Source of the DNA: Centroscyllium fabricii | Lineage: Eukaryota | Direction of reading: 5' to 3' | NCBI GenBank assembly: GCA_051313645.2 | Contig: JBNRSN020000015.1 | Location: forward strand, 84,196,001-84,260,000 | Length of the DNA: 64,000 bases | Shown here: positions 22,270 to 34,279 of the stretch, in pieces | Layout of the letters: each line of letters begins with the position of its first letter | Numbering within the stretch: position 1 is the stretch's first letter | Made by a program: the position numbers and the translations under genes | Notes under the pieces: generated by a model | What the model saw: only the letters and a program-made list of their open reading frames with translations | The model's database searches: none | What the model was told of the DNA's origin: nothing

Positions 22270-23430
22270 TATGGCTGCAGTTTAAACAGAGGCCAAGCAG
22301 GCCATGGCCAAGGTCAAAGGGTGCAAATTCGACATACCTGAAGGCAAGGAAACCACTCTTGAATTTCAGACAGACAGTGAAGATTTAATACACTCCAAAG
22401 ACAATCGGGCTAGAGAGGTGACCTCATTGCAGACTTGGAGACAATTGAAACTTGTGCATAAATAAGCACCTGCAGTTAACTTGGCCATCAAGGCAGAAAA
22501 CTAGTAACTCGAACTTTGCATAAACAAACATTCCAAAATTCAAAAACAATTCAAAACCCTTCACCAGGCAGTTAACATCCTCCAGGACAATGCACCCAAA
22601 AACAGTAGGGCCATTAAGGGAGGAGACCACCACCCCAAAACTTATTAAGGTGGATGTCCATAATCGGTTCTACAGGCCTGCCAAAATTTGGACAATAGCC
22701 TGGCTTTGATTTGGCAGGTAGATAAGGGGTGCAGAATTTGTATAACTGTAACAGCAAAACGTAGCAAAAGACAGGAGAGTCAGAACACAAGGCGACAGAA
22801 GGCACCAAGGAGAAAACAAAGCATTTGGGCAGGAGGACAAGTGAAGTCGGCAACCAATATGACCAGGAGAATGAAACCTGAAGATCCTATATGCAATTTA
22901 AAGGACTCGGTAAAGACAATATTCTCTCTAAGTGCTAAGGAGAGCAGCAGTGGGTACCCGCCCAACAGCATTCATCGTGCAGATCCTGAGAGGGGGAGAC
23001 CACGTGAGGGCGGCAGGCCCCAAAGGACAAGAAGAAGCAATCCCCAAAATCGCAACCTGCAGTAACAAAGCCTTGCTTGGTGAGCATGAATCCCTGGTTT
23101 CTATAGTGAAATCTAGTTAGGTAGTGGGGGTGGGACCAGGTTAATAGGGGAGTAAATTAAATGTGATTTATCCCTCGTTGTGCTGTGTGTTCCCCATTCC
23201 CAATTTATGTACCTTTTGAACATCTGCATAGTTTATTCCTGTAATATACAAAGTAACTTCTCACTGTTATTACTTTCTTGCATGACTCTAAAATAAAAGC
23301 AGTTTTCTTGCACCAGACCTGTTGTCTACTCCAATTTTGTATCGCAAAACCTGTACCAAAGTCCAGTGTCTCGAACCTCAGTGGTGTGGGAGCGATTCGA
23401 ACCACTCAGTTAGTCAGAGGCAAAAGCTGA
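22270..23430 (+). mobile_element. Long LTR-like sequence, boundaries uncertain
   Basis: AATAAAA near 23292 and 3' motif similar to 8925-8975. Confidence 0.4.
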
Positions 23431-24119
23431 CCCAATTCATGGTGGCTCTCTTTTCCCATTTCAACACATTCATACCAACATTCTTCACCCCCCTCAGGTA
23501 ATGCTGGCACCTCCACTGCACACCAGTTTATGATGGCACCCTATTCTCCCCTCTATTCATGCTAGCATCCTCCTTTGCATTGCTTGGTTCACCTCACAAC
23601 TCAGTCACACTGATACTCTTCTTCGCTCTCCCTCACAACCACTGAACGTATAAGAATGGCATTGACTGACTTGCTTGCTGATATTTCCCTCTCCATTCAT
23701 GCGCCTATCTCTCTGGGGGAAAAGCACTATTTATTCTTAATGATTCCTGCAGGCTGTGACCAGCAACTCGCCTTCTCTGAATCATCACTTTTGCCTAGTC
23801 TGTCTGGTGCTACAGCAGCTTTGGCGATGGAACATTGCTGGTGGCAGAGCTTCATAATTTTGCCCAAAGCAGAACTCCATCCTCCAGAGTAGCTTCAGCC
23901 AGGAGCCAGGAGTAATGCTGAAGGGAAGAGTAGAGAGCAGATGACCTTTGTTCTCCAAACCAGCCAAATGGGTATTGACCTAAAAAAGCTGACTGATCAT
24001 GTGACATTGAAACATGTTGGGCAAGGGAATGCAGAATCAATGGTAGGATACTGAGAAGTGTAGAGGAACAGAGTGACTTGGAGTGCATGTCCACAGATGT
24101 CTGAAGGTAGCAGGACAGG

Positions 24120-24395
24120 TGTGATGAACCTTTTGGTGTGATTCACACTGTACTGTTTTTGTATATAGTTCTGTTTAATGTGTTGTATATATATTGTTAT
24201 ATATCTGTTAATGTCTTTAACTTTCTGTAAGGACCTGTACTGGCTAACCCAGCCTCTGGGTGATAGTATAGAGGAGAACGCTCCGCCCACTGGTCTTTTG
24301 TACTAGGCAGACTCATCGGGGACACGGTTCAGTTCCTTGTTAATAAAAGCCTCTTTATTAAGAAACTCGCTACCATCATAATTTGAGGTATCTCA
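24120..24395 (+). mobile_element. Solo Gypsy LTR
   Basis: TGTGATG...TAATAAAAGCC...TCTCA, 5-bp TSD ACAGG. Confidence 0.88.
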
Positions 24396-24405
24396 ACAGG
24401 TAAAT

Positions 24406-24812
24406 AAACATAGAAACATAGACATAGAAGATAGGAGCAGGAGTAGGCCATTCGGCCCTTCGAGCCTGCTCCGCCATTCAATGAGATCATGGCTGATCAT
24501 CCAAACCCAGCACCCCGCCCCTGCCCTCCCCCCATATCCCTATCGAGCCTATACCGACACATATCCCACCCTATCCCCGTAACCCCACATATTCAACCCC
24601 CCTAACACTAAGGGTCAATTTATCCTGGCCAATCAACCTAACCCGCACATCTTTGGACTGTGGGAGGAAACTGGAGCACCCGGTGGAAACCCACGCAGAC
24701 ATGGGGAGAATGTGCAAACTCCACACAGATAGTCACTCGAGGCTGGATTAGAACCTGAGTCTCCAGAGCTGTGAGGCAACAGTGCTAACCACTGTGCCAC
24801 CGTGCCGCCCCA
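24406..24812 (-). mobile_element. V-SINE (HE1-like)
   Basis: Reverse complement of 18327-18728. Confidence 0.9.
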
Positions 24813-25469
24813 CGGTGGTTAAGAAGGCATGCAGGATACATTCCTTTATAAGTCAAGGTATAGAATATAAGAGCAGGGAGGTTATGTTTGAACTGTATAA
24901 AACACTAGTTAGGCCACAGCTGGAATACTGCGTACAGTTCTGGTCATGACATTACAGGAAAGATATGATTGCACGAGAGAGGGTACAGAGGAGATTTATG
25001 AGGATGTTGCCAGGACTGGAGAATTTTAGCGATGAGGAAAGATTGGATAGCCTGGGGTTGTTTTCATTGGAGCAGGGAATGTTGAGGGGAGACTTACTTA
25101 AAGTGTATAAAATTTTAAGGGGCCTAGATAGAGTGGATAAGAAGGACCTATTTCCCTTAGCAGAGGCGTCAATAACCAGGGGGCATAGATTTAAAGAAAT
25201 TGGTAGAAGAATTAGAGGGGAGTTGAAGAGAAATTGTTTTCACCCAGAGGGTGCTGGGGGTCTGGAACTCACTGCCTGAAAGGGTGGTAGAGGAAGAAAA
25301 CCTTATCACATTTAAAAAGTACTTGGATATACACTTGAAGTGCCATAACGTACAGGGTTACGGAGCAACAGCTGGAAAGTGGGATGAGGCAGGAAAGCTG
25401 TTTTTCAGCCGGCATAGGCACGATGGGCTGAAAGGCCTCCTTCTGTGCTGTAAATGTTTTTGATTCTAT

Positions 25470-26160
25470 GGCCGAAATTTTCCTCCAGGTAGACGGGTTG
25501 GGGGGCGGGGGGGCTTCCGAGGTGGGCGGGATTTAACTATAACAGCAGGGCCTGATTGGCAGGCGAGACCGCTGTTTACCACCCGCAGCCAGCCAGATTG
25601 AGAGGCTGGTTGGCTGCGGGCGGGTAGGCCTGCAGCTGCAGAGAAGGAGCAAGGAGTCGGTCCAGGGGAGGGATCGTGGGTGGGGTGCGGGGCCCGGGGA
25701 TCACGTAGGGTGGGTTAGGCAGGGACCCTGGATCCAGGAGGTAGGTATAAAGCCAGTTACCTCCTGGATCCAGGGTCCGTGCCTAACCCACCCTATGCGA
25801 TCCCCGGACCCCCCACCCCACCTGCGATCCCTCCCCTGGAGGTAGGTATAAAGCCAGTTACCTCCTGGATGCAGCAGTCTCCGCCTCGGTTTAACTGCCG
25901 GATTTCACGAATTGTGTGAAACCCGTCCACGTGCAGTTAAATTCAAAATGGAGGTAAAAAAAGAGGGTCCAGCCTCATTATAATATTTAAATTGATGTAC
26001 TGCTCCCAGGTGCGGGTTGGTCGCCCGGCCCCCATCCCACCTCCGTTAAAACTGGAAGTGGGTGGGTTGGGGGCAGGACTCAGTTCAGGAATCCCATGTT
26101 TAATAATTTAACTGCCACCCCGCGCCAAACCCACCCTCTTTTTAGCGGAAAACTCCGACC
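25470..26160. mobile_element. Harbinger-type MITE
   Basis: Imperfect TIR GGCCGAAATTTTCC / GGAAAACTCCGACC, 3-bp flanks TAT/TAC. Confidence 0.7.
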
Positions 26161-26369
26161 TACGATTCTATGGCTGGTTGGCGTCATTGTATATGTTTGG
26201 GATTCTACACGTGGATAATTTATTTAAACTGTCTTTTTTGTTAAAGGTGGTGGTGTGCTCTATGTCCATCAAAATATTAATGAAAGCAGCAACTAATATG
26301 ACCTCTTCTGCACTGTCTTCTTCAAGGACAGAACCTGTGTTCAATTAAACAGGTGAGCAGATAGACAGA

Positions 26370-26826
26370 TTTTTTTAATATATCCATTGATGGAATGTGG
26401 GCGTCGCTGGCTTGCTAGGCCTGCATTTAGTGCCCATCCCTAATTGCCCTTGAGAAGATGGTGGTGAGCCACCTTCTTGAACCGCTGCAGTCCATATGGT
26501 GTAGGTACACCCACAATGTTGTTAGGAAGGGAGTTCCAGGATTTTGGCCCAGCAACAGTGAAGGAGCGGCGATTCAGGTCCAGGTCAAGATGGTGTGTGG
26601 CTTGGAGGGGAACTTGTAGGTGGTGATGTTCCCATGCGTCTGCTGCCCTTGTCCTTCTAAGTGGTAGAGGTCGCAGGTTTGGAAGGTGCTGTTGAAGGAG
26701 CTTTGGCGAGTTGCTGCAGTGCATCTTGTAGATGGTACACACTGCAGCCACAGTGCGCCGGTGGTGGAGGGAGTGAATGTTGAAGGTGATGGATGGAGTG
26801 CCAATCAAGCGGCCTGCTTTATCCTG
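26370..26826 (-). mobile_element. 3' end of a CR1/L2-group LINE (same family as 682-1385)
   Basis: HSLHHRRTVAAVCTIYKMH...SWNSLP...FKKVAHHHLLKGN and shared tail. Confidence 0.85.
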
Positions 26827-26904
26827 ATTATTTAGATTGCTACAAGGCCTCAGAAACAAAGAACTTGCATATAGTGCCTTTGCGATCTGCAGGCTGTCCC
26901 CAAG

Positions 26905-29900
26905 TGTCATAGATGGAATTCTCCTTTAAGGATTCCATCTTTGAATTCTGGTGTTTAATTCATTTATTACCTTGTTTTCTTGTAAATTACTGCTAATTGT
27001 ACCTCGTTTATCATTTGCATGTATTGGTGGGACAGAGCTGGTCAATCTAATTGGCTGGAGCTGTATATATGCTTTGGGTTGGCAGCTGGAGGTTGCCGGA
27101 TCGTTATTTTCTGTTACTTGATATCTGTGTTCGGTTGCTACTCTCTGTTCCTGTCGTATTGGATTTCTACCTGTTACAGAGGAATTGGATGTACTGCTGA
27201 ACTCAGTGCTGGAATTCATCCCTTCGGTGAAGCGGATTACTTGGAGTTGATCGGTTCCTAGTATTGGACTTATTTCTGTTTATCACCTGAACTCTGGTTT
27301 GGACTTGTTAATTACTATTACCAGTACTCTGGATTATAGACTTGTTTATCCTCTGTTGAACACTGCTGTTAATGACTGTATATATATATATATATATATT
27401 TGAGGACTCAGAAATAAAAGGGTTTTATTTCTAAAGACGGACTTCCGGTGTTCTGCATTTGGGCCCTACCACAAACCCTTACAGAACGATCCGGCCAGAA
27501 ATGGACCCAGCAGAGACACTGAAGCATCTAGAACACCTCGAGGGCGCCCTATTTCACCAGGGGCAGACCTTGATGAATATTTGCACTCGGATGGAGCAGT
27601 TTACCGCTGCCTGGAACCTGCGGGTAGCGTCGGATTCGGCAGGGGTCCCGCTACCACCACCTCCGGCTCCAGAAGGGGGGTTGGCACCCATGCCTCAACT
27701 ACTAGCTCTCACACCCGAACCCCGAGTCGGGGTACCGGAACGGTATGCCGGTGAACCCGAGCAGTGTGATCCTTTTCTCACAAGCTGTTCCATCCTGTTT
27801 TCTTTGCAGCCCCACACCTTTGCCAATGGGAAGGCAAGGGTAGCGTTTGTAATCAATCATCTCACAGGAAGAGCCCGGCTTTGGGGAACCGCTGAGTGGG
27901 AGAGAGATACTCAGGCTTGCTCTTCTTTCGAGGCGTTCTCCACCGAATTAAGAAGGGTGTTTGGCAGGGTGTCCTTCGGCTCTGAAGCAGCTCGGGGACT
28001 CATGAATCTGAGCCAGGAAAATTAGACAGTGGCTGATTATTCTATTGACTTTCGAATCAGGGCTCGTCGGAGTAATTGGAACCAGGCTGCATTACGTGAG
28101 GTTTTTCTTCATGGCCTTTCTGAATACATCAAGGATGAACTGGTCTCCTACGATCTTCCTCCCACCTTGGATGAACTAATTTATCTTGCCACCAGGATCG
28201 ATCTTCGGATCCAGGCGTGTCGACGTGAGAGACGACTGGGAACGTCTGGTCGACATCCGCCGAGTCGGACTCAAGAGGTATTCATGGCACCCAGAGAGAC
28301 TGTGATAGCAGGGTCAGAGCCAGTGGGCCCCGAACCAATGCAGTGGGGTCGCACTCAAGGGAGATTCGTGGCGCCCAGAGATACTGCGACAGCAGGGGCA
28401 GAACCAGGGGGTCCAGAACCAATGCAGTTGGGTCGCACCAGTCTTCGGTTGGCGAAGCATAAGGGACCACACTCACCAGTCAATGGAGTCGTAATGGTGA
28501 GCCGAACTCCTGCTGGACTCTCTTCCAATCCACGACCCTTGTGTCAAGCCAAACTTCTTCTCCCCAGGGGATCCCAGACTCTCGTCATCTGTATTGACTC
28601 GGGAGCGGACATCAATATCATCGATGAGGATCTGGTCACGCAACTGGAGATTGACCGGGTGCCACTGCCACAGCCGGTTCCTGTCAACGCCTTAGACGGC
28701 CATCTCCTGGGAACGGTGACACATCAGACCTCACCTGTTCTTATGCTTCTGTCCGGGGATCATCAGGAGAGCATTCAGTTCCATATCTTGAGATCACCTC
28801 GGATTCCGTTAATTCTGGGACACACTTGGCTTCGCCACCACAACCCTCACATTGACTGGAACACGGGAGCTATTTCGGGCTGGAGTCCCTCCTGTCACCA
28901 GGTCTGTCTGAAACAGGCTCGGACTTCGTTGCTTCGCTCGACGGACCGATACCCGCCTGCTGCCAACCGTCGTCGTTCTGGGGCCCCTGAAAATCAGGTT
29001 GGACAGAAGGGGTGGCTCCCTCCTCCTCGTGAGCTCCACGGTGGGTTGGTCTACACTGTTCGTCACCTACTTCGTTCCCGTCATCATGGGATAGGACTTC
29101 AGTACCTGGTGGACTGGGAGGGGTATGGTCCAGAAGAGAGGTCCTGGGTTTCTGATCACCACATAATGGATCTGCAACTCATTGACGACTTTCACTGGAG
29201 GCACCCCGACCAGCCAAGTAAGAGGACTGCGAATCATGAGGAGTCTGGACAAGTGATCGGCTCCATACAGTTCCAGGAGAGCCTGACCGAGGAGGAGGAA
29301 TCTGCTGATGAGGAAGAATCTGCTGATGAGGAGGATTTCTTTCAATCTGATGATGAGATGGACATAGAGGAGGGCTTCGAGGACTATTAGTTTCTCCCCC
29401 GCACCCCTCCACCCACCCGATCCGGCATTTGGGGTTTTGGGACGTCAGGAGTCGTCCATTGAGGGGGGGGGGGTTCTGTCATAGATGGAATTCTCCTTTA
29501 AGGATTCCATCTTTGAATTCTGGTGTTTAATTCATTTATTACCTCGTTTTCTTGTAAATTACTGCTAATTGTACCTCGTTTATCATTTGCATGTATTGGT
29601 GGGAAAGAGCTGGTCAATCTAATTGGCTGGAGCTGTATATATGCTTTGGGTTGGCAGCTGGAGGTTGCCGGATCGTTATTTTCTGTTACTTGATATCTGT
29701 GTTCGGTTGCTACTCTCTGTTCCTGTCGTATTGGATTTCTACCTGTTACAGAGGAATTGGATGTACTGCTGAACTCAGTGCTGGAATTCATCCCTTCGGT
29801 GAAGCGGATTACTTGGAGTTGATCGGTTCCTAGTATTGGACTTATTTCTGTTTATCACCTGAACTCTGGTTTGGACTTGTTAATTACTATTACCAGTACT

Positions 29901-30059
29901 CTGGATTATAGACTTGTTTATCCTCTGTTGAGCACTGCTGTTAATGACTGTATATATATATATATATATATATATTTGAGGACTCAGAAATAAAAGGGTT
30001 TTATTTCTAAAGACGGACTTCCGGTGTTCTGCATTTGGGCCCTACCACAAACCCTTACA
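26905..30059 (+). mobile_element. Young non-autonomous sushi/chromovirus-type LTR retrotransposon
   Basis: LTRs 26905-27483 and 29477-30059 (3 substitutions plus a TA-repeat length difference by eye), TSD CCAAG, G-run PPT 29461-29473. Confidence 0.96.
27501..29390 (+). pseudogene. Gag-protease-chromodomain fusion ORF with one in-frame TAG (28023-28025); no RT/RNase H/integrase core
   Basis: PERYAGEP..CDPFL (sushi/PEG10-type capsid), IDSGA protease, [16 protein letters not shown] chromodomain, acidic tail; ORFs 27459 and 28029 share a frame. Confidence 0.88.
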
Positions 30060-30410
30060 CCAAGTGCTTCACAGTCAAATAATTATTTAAAAATTGTGAA
30101 TATTGTTGTTACATAGGCAATTTTCACACAGCAAGGAGATGAGATAAATGGCCAGTTGGTTTGTTTTGGTGGTTGGTCAAGGGTTAGATGGTGTCTAGGA
30201 TGATGAAAAAATTCTGCTGCTCTTGTTCACATAGTGCCATGGAATCTTTTACCTCCATCTGGAGAAATTTGGGCGAGACCTTTGCAAAGTGATATTAAAA
30301 TCTTAATTTTAGTTACAAATCTGTTTTTTCAATGTTAATTATGACTTTAGCAACACTTTTGGGAGAAGAAAAGCAACTTTAAAAGGTGTATTTGAAATTG
30401 TGACTTTATA

Positions 30411-31044
30411 TTGGTTGAGCACGGTAATCCGGCACCCGATGGTCCGGCACCTTCAGTGATCTAGCACGAATTGAAACTGGCAGCGCCACCGTTTCCCGCT
30501 GTAAAGCATGTAAATTTATTTTTCAAATTTTTTTATTTTTGTTTTTAAATATTTAATTAAATGCCATTTTAATTAATTTTAAATATGTGATTATTTTTAT
30601 TTATTTGATGTCTAGGTGTATTTTCTGGGGTCTTCCAATTCATACTTATGGGGTTTCCATGCATACGGAATACCAAAAGGAATGAATGGGGATTCGCCTC
30701 TCTCATTCGTTAGGCCGGCCCACGTGATCCCAGGGACGCTCGCGAACCACCTGCATCCTGGGATACGTGGGCCTCTACCCGCCAGCACACGGAGAGTCCC
30801 AGGACCGCAAATCTCCAAACCTCCTGGACCACCAGGTAGGCTCACCAATTTATTTGTGGATCGGTGGCATTTCCCTGCTGGAAGTCTCTGACCACAAATT
30901 CAGCCCCATCAGTTATCTCTGCCATTCCCTCACTCTGAAGTACAAGATAGCTCTGCTAATCACGAAGTTTTCGATCCCTTCTTCAACATTCAGTGGTTCG
31001 GAATTTTCCGGTCCCGAGGGTGCCTGATTACCGGTGCTCTACTG
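30411..31044. mobile_element. Tigger-like MITE containing a Harbinger-MITE fragment
   Basis: Degenerate TIR GGTTGAGCACGGTAATC / GATTACCGGTGCTCTACTG with TA flanks; similar to the 17819 TIR. Confidence 0.6.
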
Positions 31045-33013
31045 TATAAAGCAATTTTGAGCAGATTGAAATATAGGCTTGTCATAAAAATCGACATTTC
31101 ATATAGATGCTGATGCAATCACTTCAAAGAATCAGTCAGACTTTGCAGCCAATGACAAGCAAACAGACAGCAAATTACAAAAAATGTTTACCACTAGGAA
31201 TTAACACGAGGGTGTAATTGGAGAAAATTTCCTCCAAAATTTCCATTTAGATGTTAGATACTTCAGGCTAGGTTTTTTCCTGGGCTCGTGACTACTGCGG
31301 ACCCAAATCAAGAGGTCTGAGGATCAATTGAAATGAGTCCTCGGACCTCATCAGCATACTTGGCATGAGCTGCCAGCACTCTCACACCTCCACTGGCATC
31401 TCGTCTGAATGAAGATATCAATGTCAGACCGCCTGCCTCACTGGAGGTAGGTTCGAGAGGAGAGATTGAAGTGGGATATTGGGTAGGTTTTGGGGTGGGG
31501 GGTAGAGGTTGTGAGGGTTGGGGTGGGATGGGGTTGCTAATCGCAACTCCGACAGAGTTTTAAAGCTGCTTCTGCTCCTCCCGGCTACACAGCTGGAGTT
31601 GACGGCTCTGGGAGCTGCTGAAGAACTTTCATTCATCACTGATTAATTTTTCCATCGTGTCCTTGAACTGGTGGTACAAAAGGGTCCACAAATTTTGCAT
31701 GGGACCAACACCTGTGTAGACTGGGCACCAGCCATTTGACTACTCGTGCGGGCTGGGCAGCTTAATGTCCTTGTTGCACGGTGCGTGCGGGTAGCAGTAA
31801 GCATTTCACTGTCTAAATTGTATTTAGTACATGTGACAATAAACTTGAACTTGAACTTGTACTAAATTGTCATGCTTTGTGCCCGTTTTACAGCCTCCAA
31901 ACGGGCTCAATGTACACAAATTTCTTCCCGTTCATTCCTTCTCTCCTGCTCCAGGTCTAGTGGTAAACTGGGAAGGGTCTCCTGATAATGTTTTCTAAAT
32001 TAAACGTGCTAAATTGGCAGGTAACCAAATCAACTGCTGGAGAGACAGGTGAAGACCAACAATTCTGAGTTTTTTCTCCAAGTGGTCAAAATCCAAATAT
32101 CTTAAGTTCGAATTTTCATTCATTACAGCATGAAAGGTTGTTTGATTGCATGATTGTGAAATTTGTTGAACAGGCCAAAGAATCATTGTATTATAATACA
32201 GAACTCCCTACTGGAAGGTCTATGGTGGTTTCACAGGTGAACACATGAATATAAATGAAAGATAGAGAGATTACATTATACAAAAACTGTGAGTATAGAG
32301 CCAAAGTCATAGCTCTTTAGATAAATCTATTATAAATAAAATATACTTACCTGGGACTTCTAAGGCTGTAATTCAGTATCTACTAATTGCCCAGGCTGGG
32401 ACCACAATTCTCAGTCCCAGCAGTCTGCACAGGTACCTGTCTTTCCTTTGGTATAGAAACATGTATTTGGCTTCTTGACTAAAGTGTATACCCGGAGGTG
32501 TCTCTGACAGACTTCAAAGAAGCATAATGTGCATTTGTGGCCTCTTAAAAACAAATAGACTACCAACAAGTACAAATGAGGATCGGGCAAGGTTAACTCA
32601 GTGCATGCAAAATCTTACGCTCATTCAGAAATATAGAAAATACAGAAAATTATAGTTCATCAGTCAGAAGCTATACACAAAGAAAGCACATTCGCCCTAA
32701 ACTGAAAATGAGGATCCAGGAGTCAGGATTTGCGTGTGACTTCACTAGAAGTGAGTTTATGCCTAAGGTCCTCCATCCAAACAGCAGGATAGACTGCAGC
32801 GTTGTTGAAAGTGCAGGGCTTGTCAAACTATTTAAAGCCTAAAAATACAATTGATGATATTAATGGGTGAATGCTTAAGCGTTTTAAGAACATAAGAACA
32901 TAAGAAATAGGAGCAGGAGTAGGCCAATCGGCCCCTCGAGCCTGCTCCGCCATTCAACAAGATCATGGCTGATCTGATCCTAACCTTAATTTTATTTTTA
33001 CTCCCCAAATCTC

Positions 33014-33258
33014 CAGTCTTCTGCCAGGAATCACACGGTGTTCCGTTTTCATTCTTGCAGAATTTATCTTCAGGAAGTCAGAGCCCCCTCAGCTTTCTAG
33101 TGTAACCCCCCCCCGATCGGGACCTGATCAGAGAGCCGGCCCCTGAATCTGCAGTCTTCTGTCAGGAATCACACTGTGTTCCGGTTTCATTCTTCCAGAA
33201 TTTATCTTCAGGAAGTCAGAGCCCCCTCAGCTTTCCAGTGTAACACCCCCCAATCGGG
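33014..33258. repeat. Tandem duplication, ~139-bp period
   Basis: CAGTCTTCTG.CAGGAATCACAC...AGAGCCCCCTCAGCTTTC at ~33014 and ~33153. Confidence 0.8.
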
Positions 33259-33825
33259 TGGTCGGGCAATCCCCCAGCGGCAATTGATCAGAGAGCACGG
33301 AGAACAGCTGCTGCTCTGCTTCTCCTTTAAGGCCTCATCGGCGGCAGAGACCATGGGGAAGCAAGCAGTTAGTGAGGGAGCGCTGTGCCCGGCAACGGCC
33401 ATTAGCGGCAGCATATTGGCCGCCTGTAAGACGCGCAAGGCGTCAATTCGTGCCAAAATCATCAAGGCCGCCACTAGCGCCAATATCTGCTGCGTCGGCA
33501 CTAATTTAGCGCCGGCGCTAAATTTTAGCACATCACCAAATTTAGCGCCCAATCCGTGCGCTGACGAATTTTTCGGCCATAGTCATTAACAGTGTAGAAC
33601 AGGACTAACAAATGCTTACCAATCTCTGTTTTACAAAGATTATGAAGTGCTGCAATTAATTATATACAATTTATAATTCTGTGCCGCATTATTCTCAACA
33701 CCTAAGAAGAATGGATGAGGAGCAATCAGCTAGTTTTAAATGAATTGTATTTTCAGGAATGCCACATTAGGACATGTTAAAAAATATTTCCCAAAGTTTC
33801 AGCTTTCTCTCACAAAGAGACTGCT

Positions 33826-34272
33826 TAAGAACATAAGAAATAGGAGCAATAGGAGCAGGAGCAGGCCAACAGAAAACGCTGGAAAAACTCGGCGGGCCAG
33901 GCAGCATCTGTGGAGAGAGAAACAGAGTTAATGTTTCAGGTTGAAGACCTTCCATCAGTTCTGACGAAAGGTCTTTGGCCTGAAATGTTAACTCTGTTTC
34001 TCTCTCCACGGATGCTGCCTGGCCTGCTGAGTTTTTCCAGCATTTTCTATTGTTATTTCAGATTTCCAGCATCCGTAGTATTTTGCTATTGCAGGAGTCG
34101 GCCATATGGCCCTTCGAGCCTGCTCCGCCATTCAATAAGATCATGGCTGATCTTCGACCTCAACTCAACTTTCCCGCCCGATCTTCATATCCCTTGATTT
34201 CCCTCGAGTCGAAAAATCTATCTATCTCAGCCTTGAATATACACAATGATTCAGCATCCACAACCTTTGGGA
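33826..34272 (-). mobile_element. CR1 3' tail fragment interrupted by a palindromic element
   Basis: AAGAACATAAGAA tail and GAGCCTGCTCCGCCATTC motif. Confidence 0.75.
33867..34090. mobile_element. Palindromic Penelope-derived short element with hammerhead-like cores
   Basis: ~92-bp inverted arms 33867-34052; AGTT-CTGACGA-A-AGGTC-TTT-GGCCT-GAAA-TGTT-AACT at 33957-33993. Confidence 0.7.
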
Positions 34273-34279
34273 GTAGAGA

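Larger units (their letters stand above)
24050..25469 (+). mobile_element. CR1 LINE 3' fragment interrupted by an LTR and a V-SINE
   Basis: LYKTLVRPQLEYCVQFW, TRGHRFK, VWNSLP; tail TTCTATG. Confidence 0.9.
26855..30262 (-). mobile_element. Degraded DeuSINE split by the sushi-like element
   Basis: Minus GTAAAAGATTCCATGGCACTAT (Deu domain) at ~30230-30255; L2-like tail rejoined across TSD CCAAG. Confidence 0.6.

Noticed and set aside
28023-28025. Programmed stop-codon readthrough
   Set aside because: The TAG falls in the middle of the capsid domain rather than at a gag-pol boundary; more likely a point mutation
27459-29390. Domesticated PEG10/RTL-like host gene
   Set aside because: Flanked by near-identical LTRs with a TSD and contains a stop
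26926-29833. Duplicated 97-aa and 80-aa ORFs
   Set aside because: They are simply the two LTR copies
31954-32020. Plus-strand exon with strong polypyrimidine acceptor (similar case at 26247-26352)
   Set aside because: Stops in all frames; a non-coding exon cannot be judged from sequence alone
32350-32430. Minus-strand exon with strong CAG|GTAAGT donor
   Set aside because: Stops in all three frames; cannot be supported as coding
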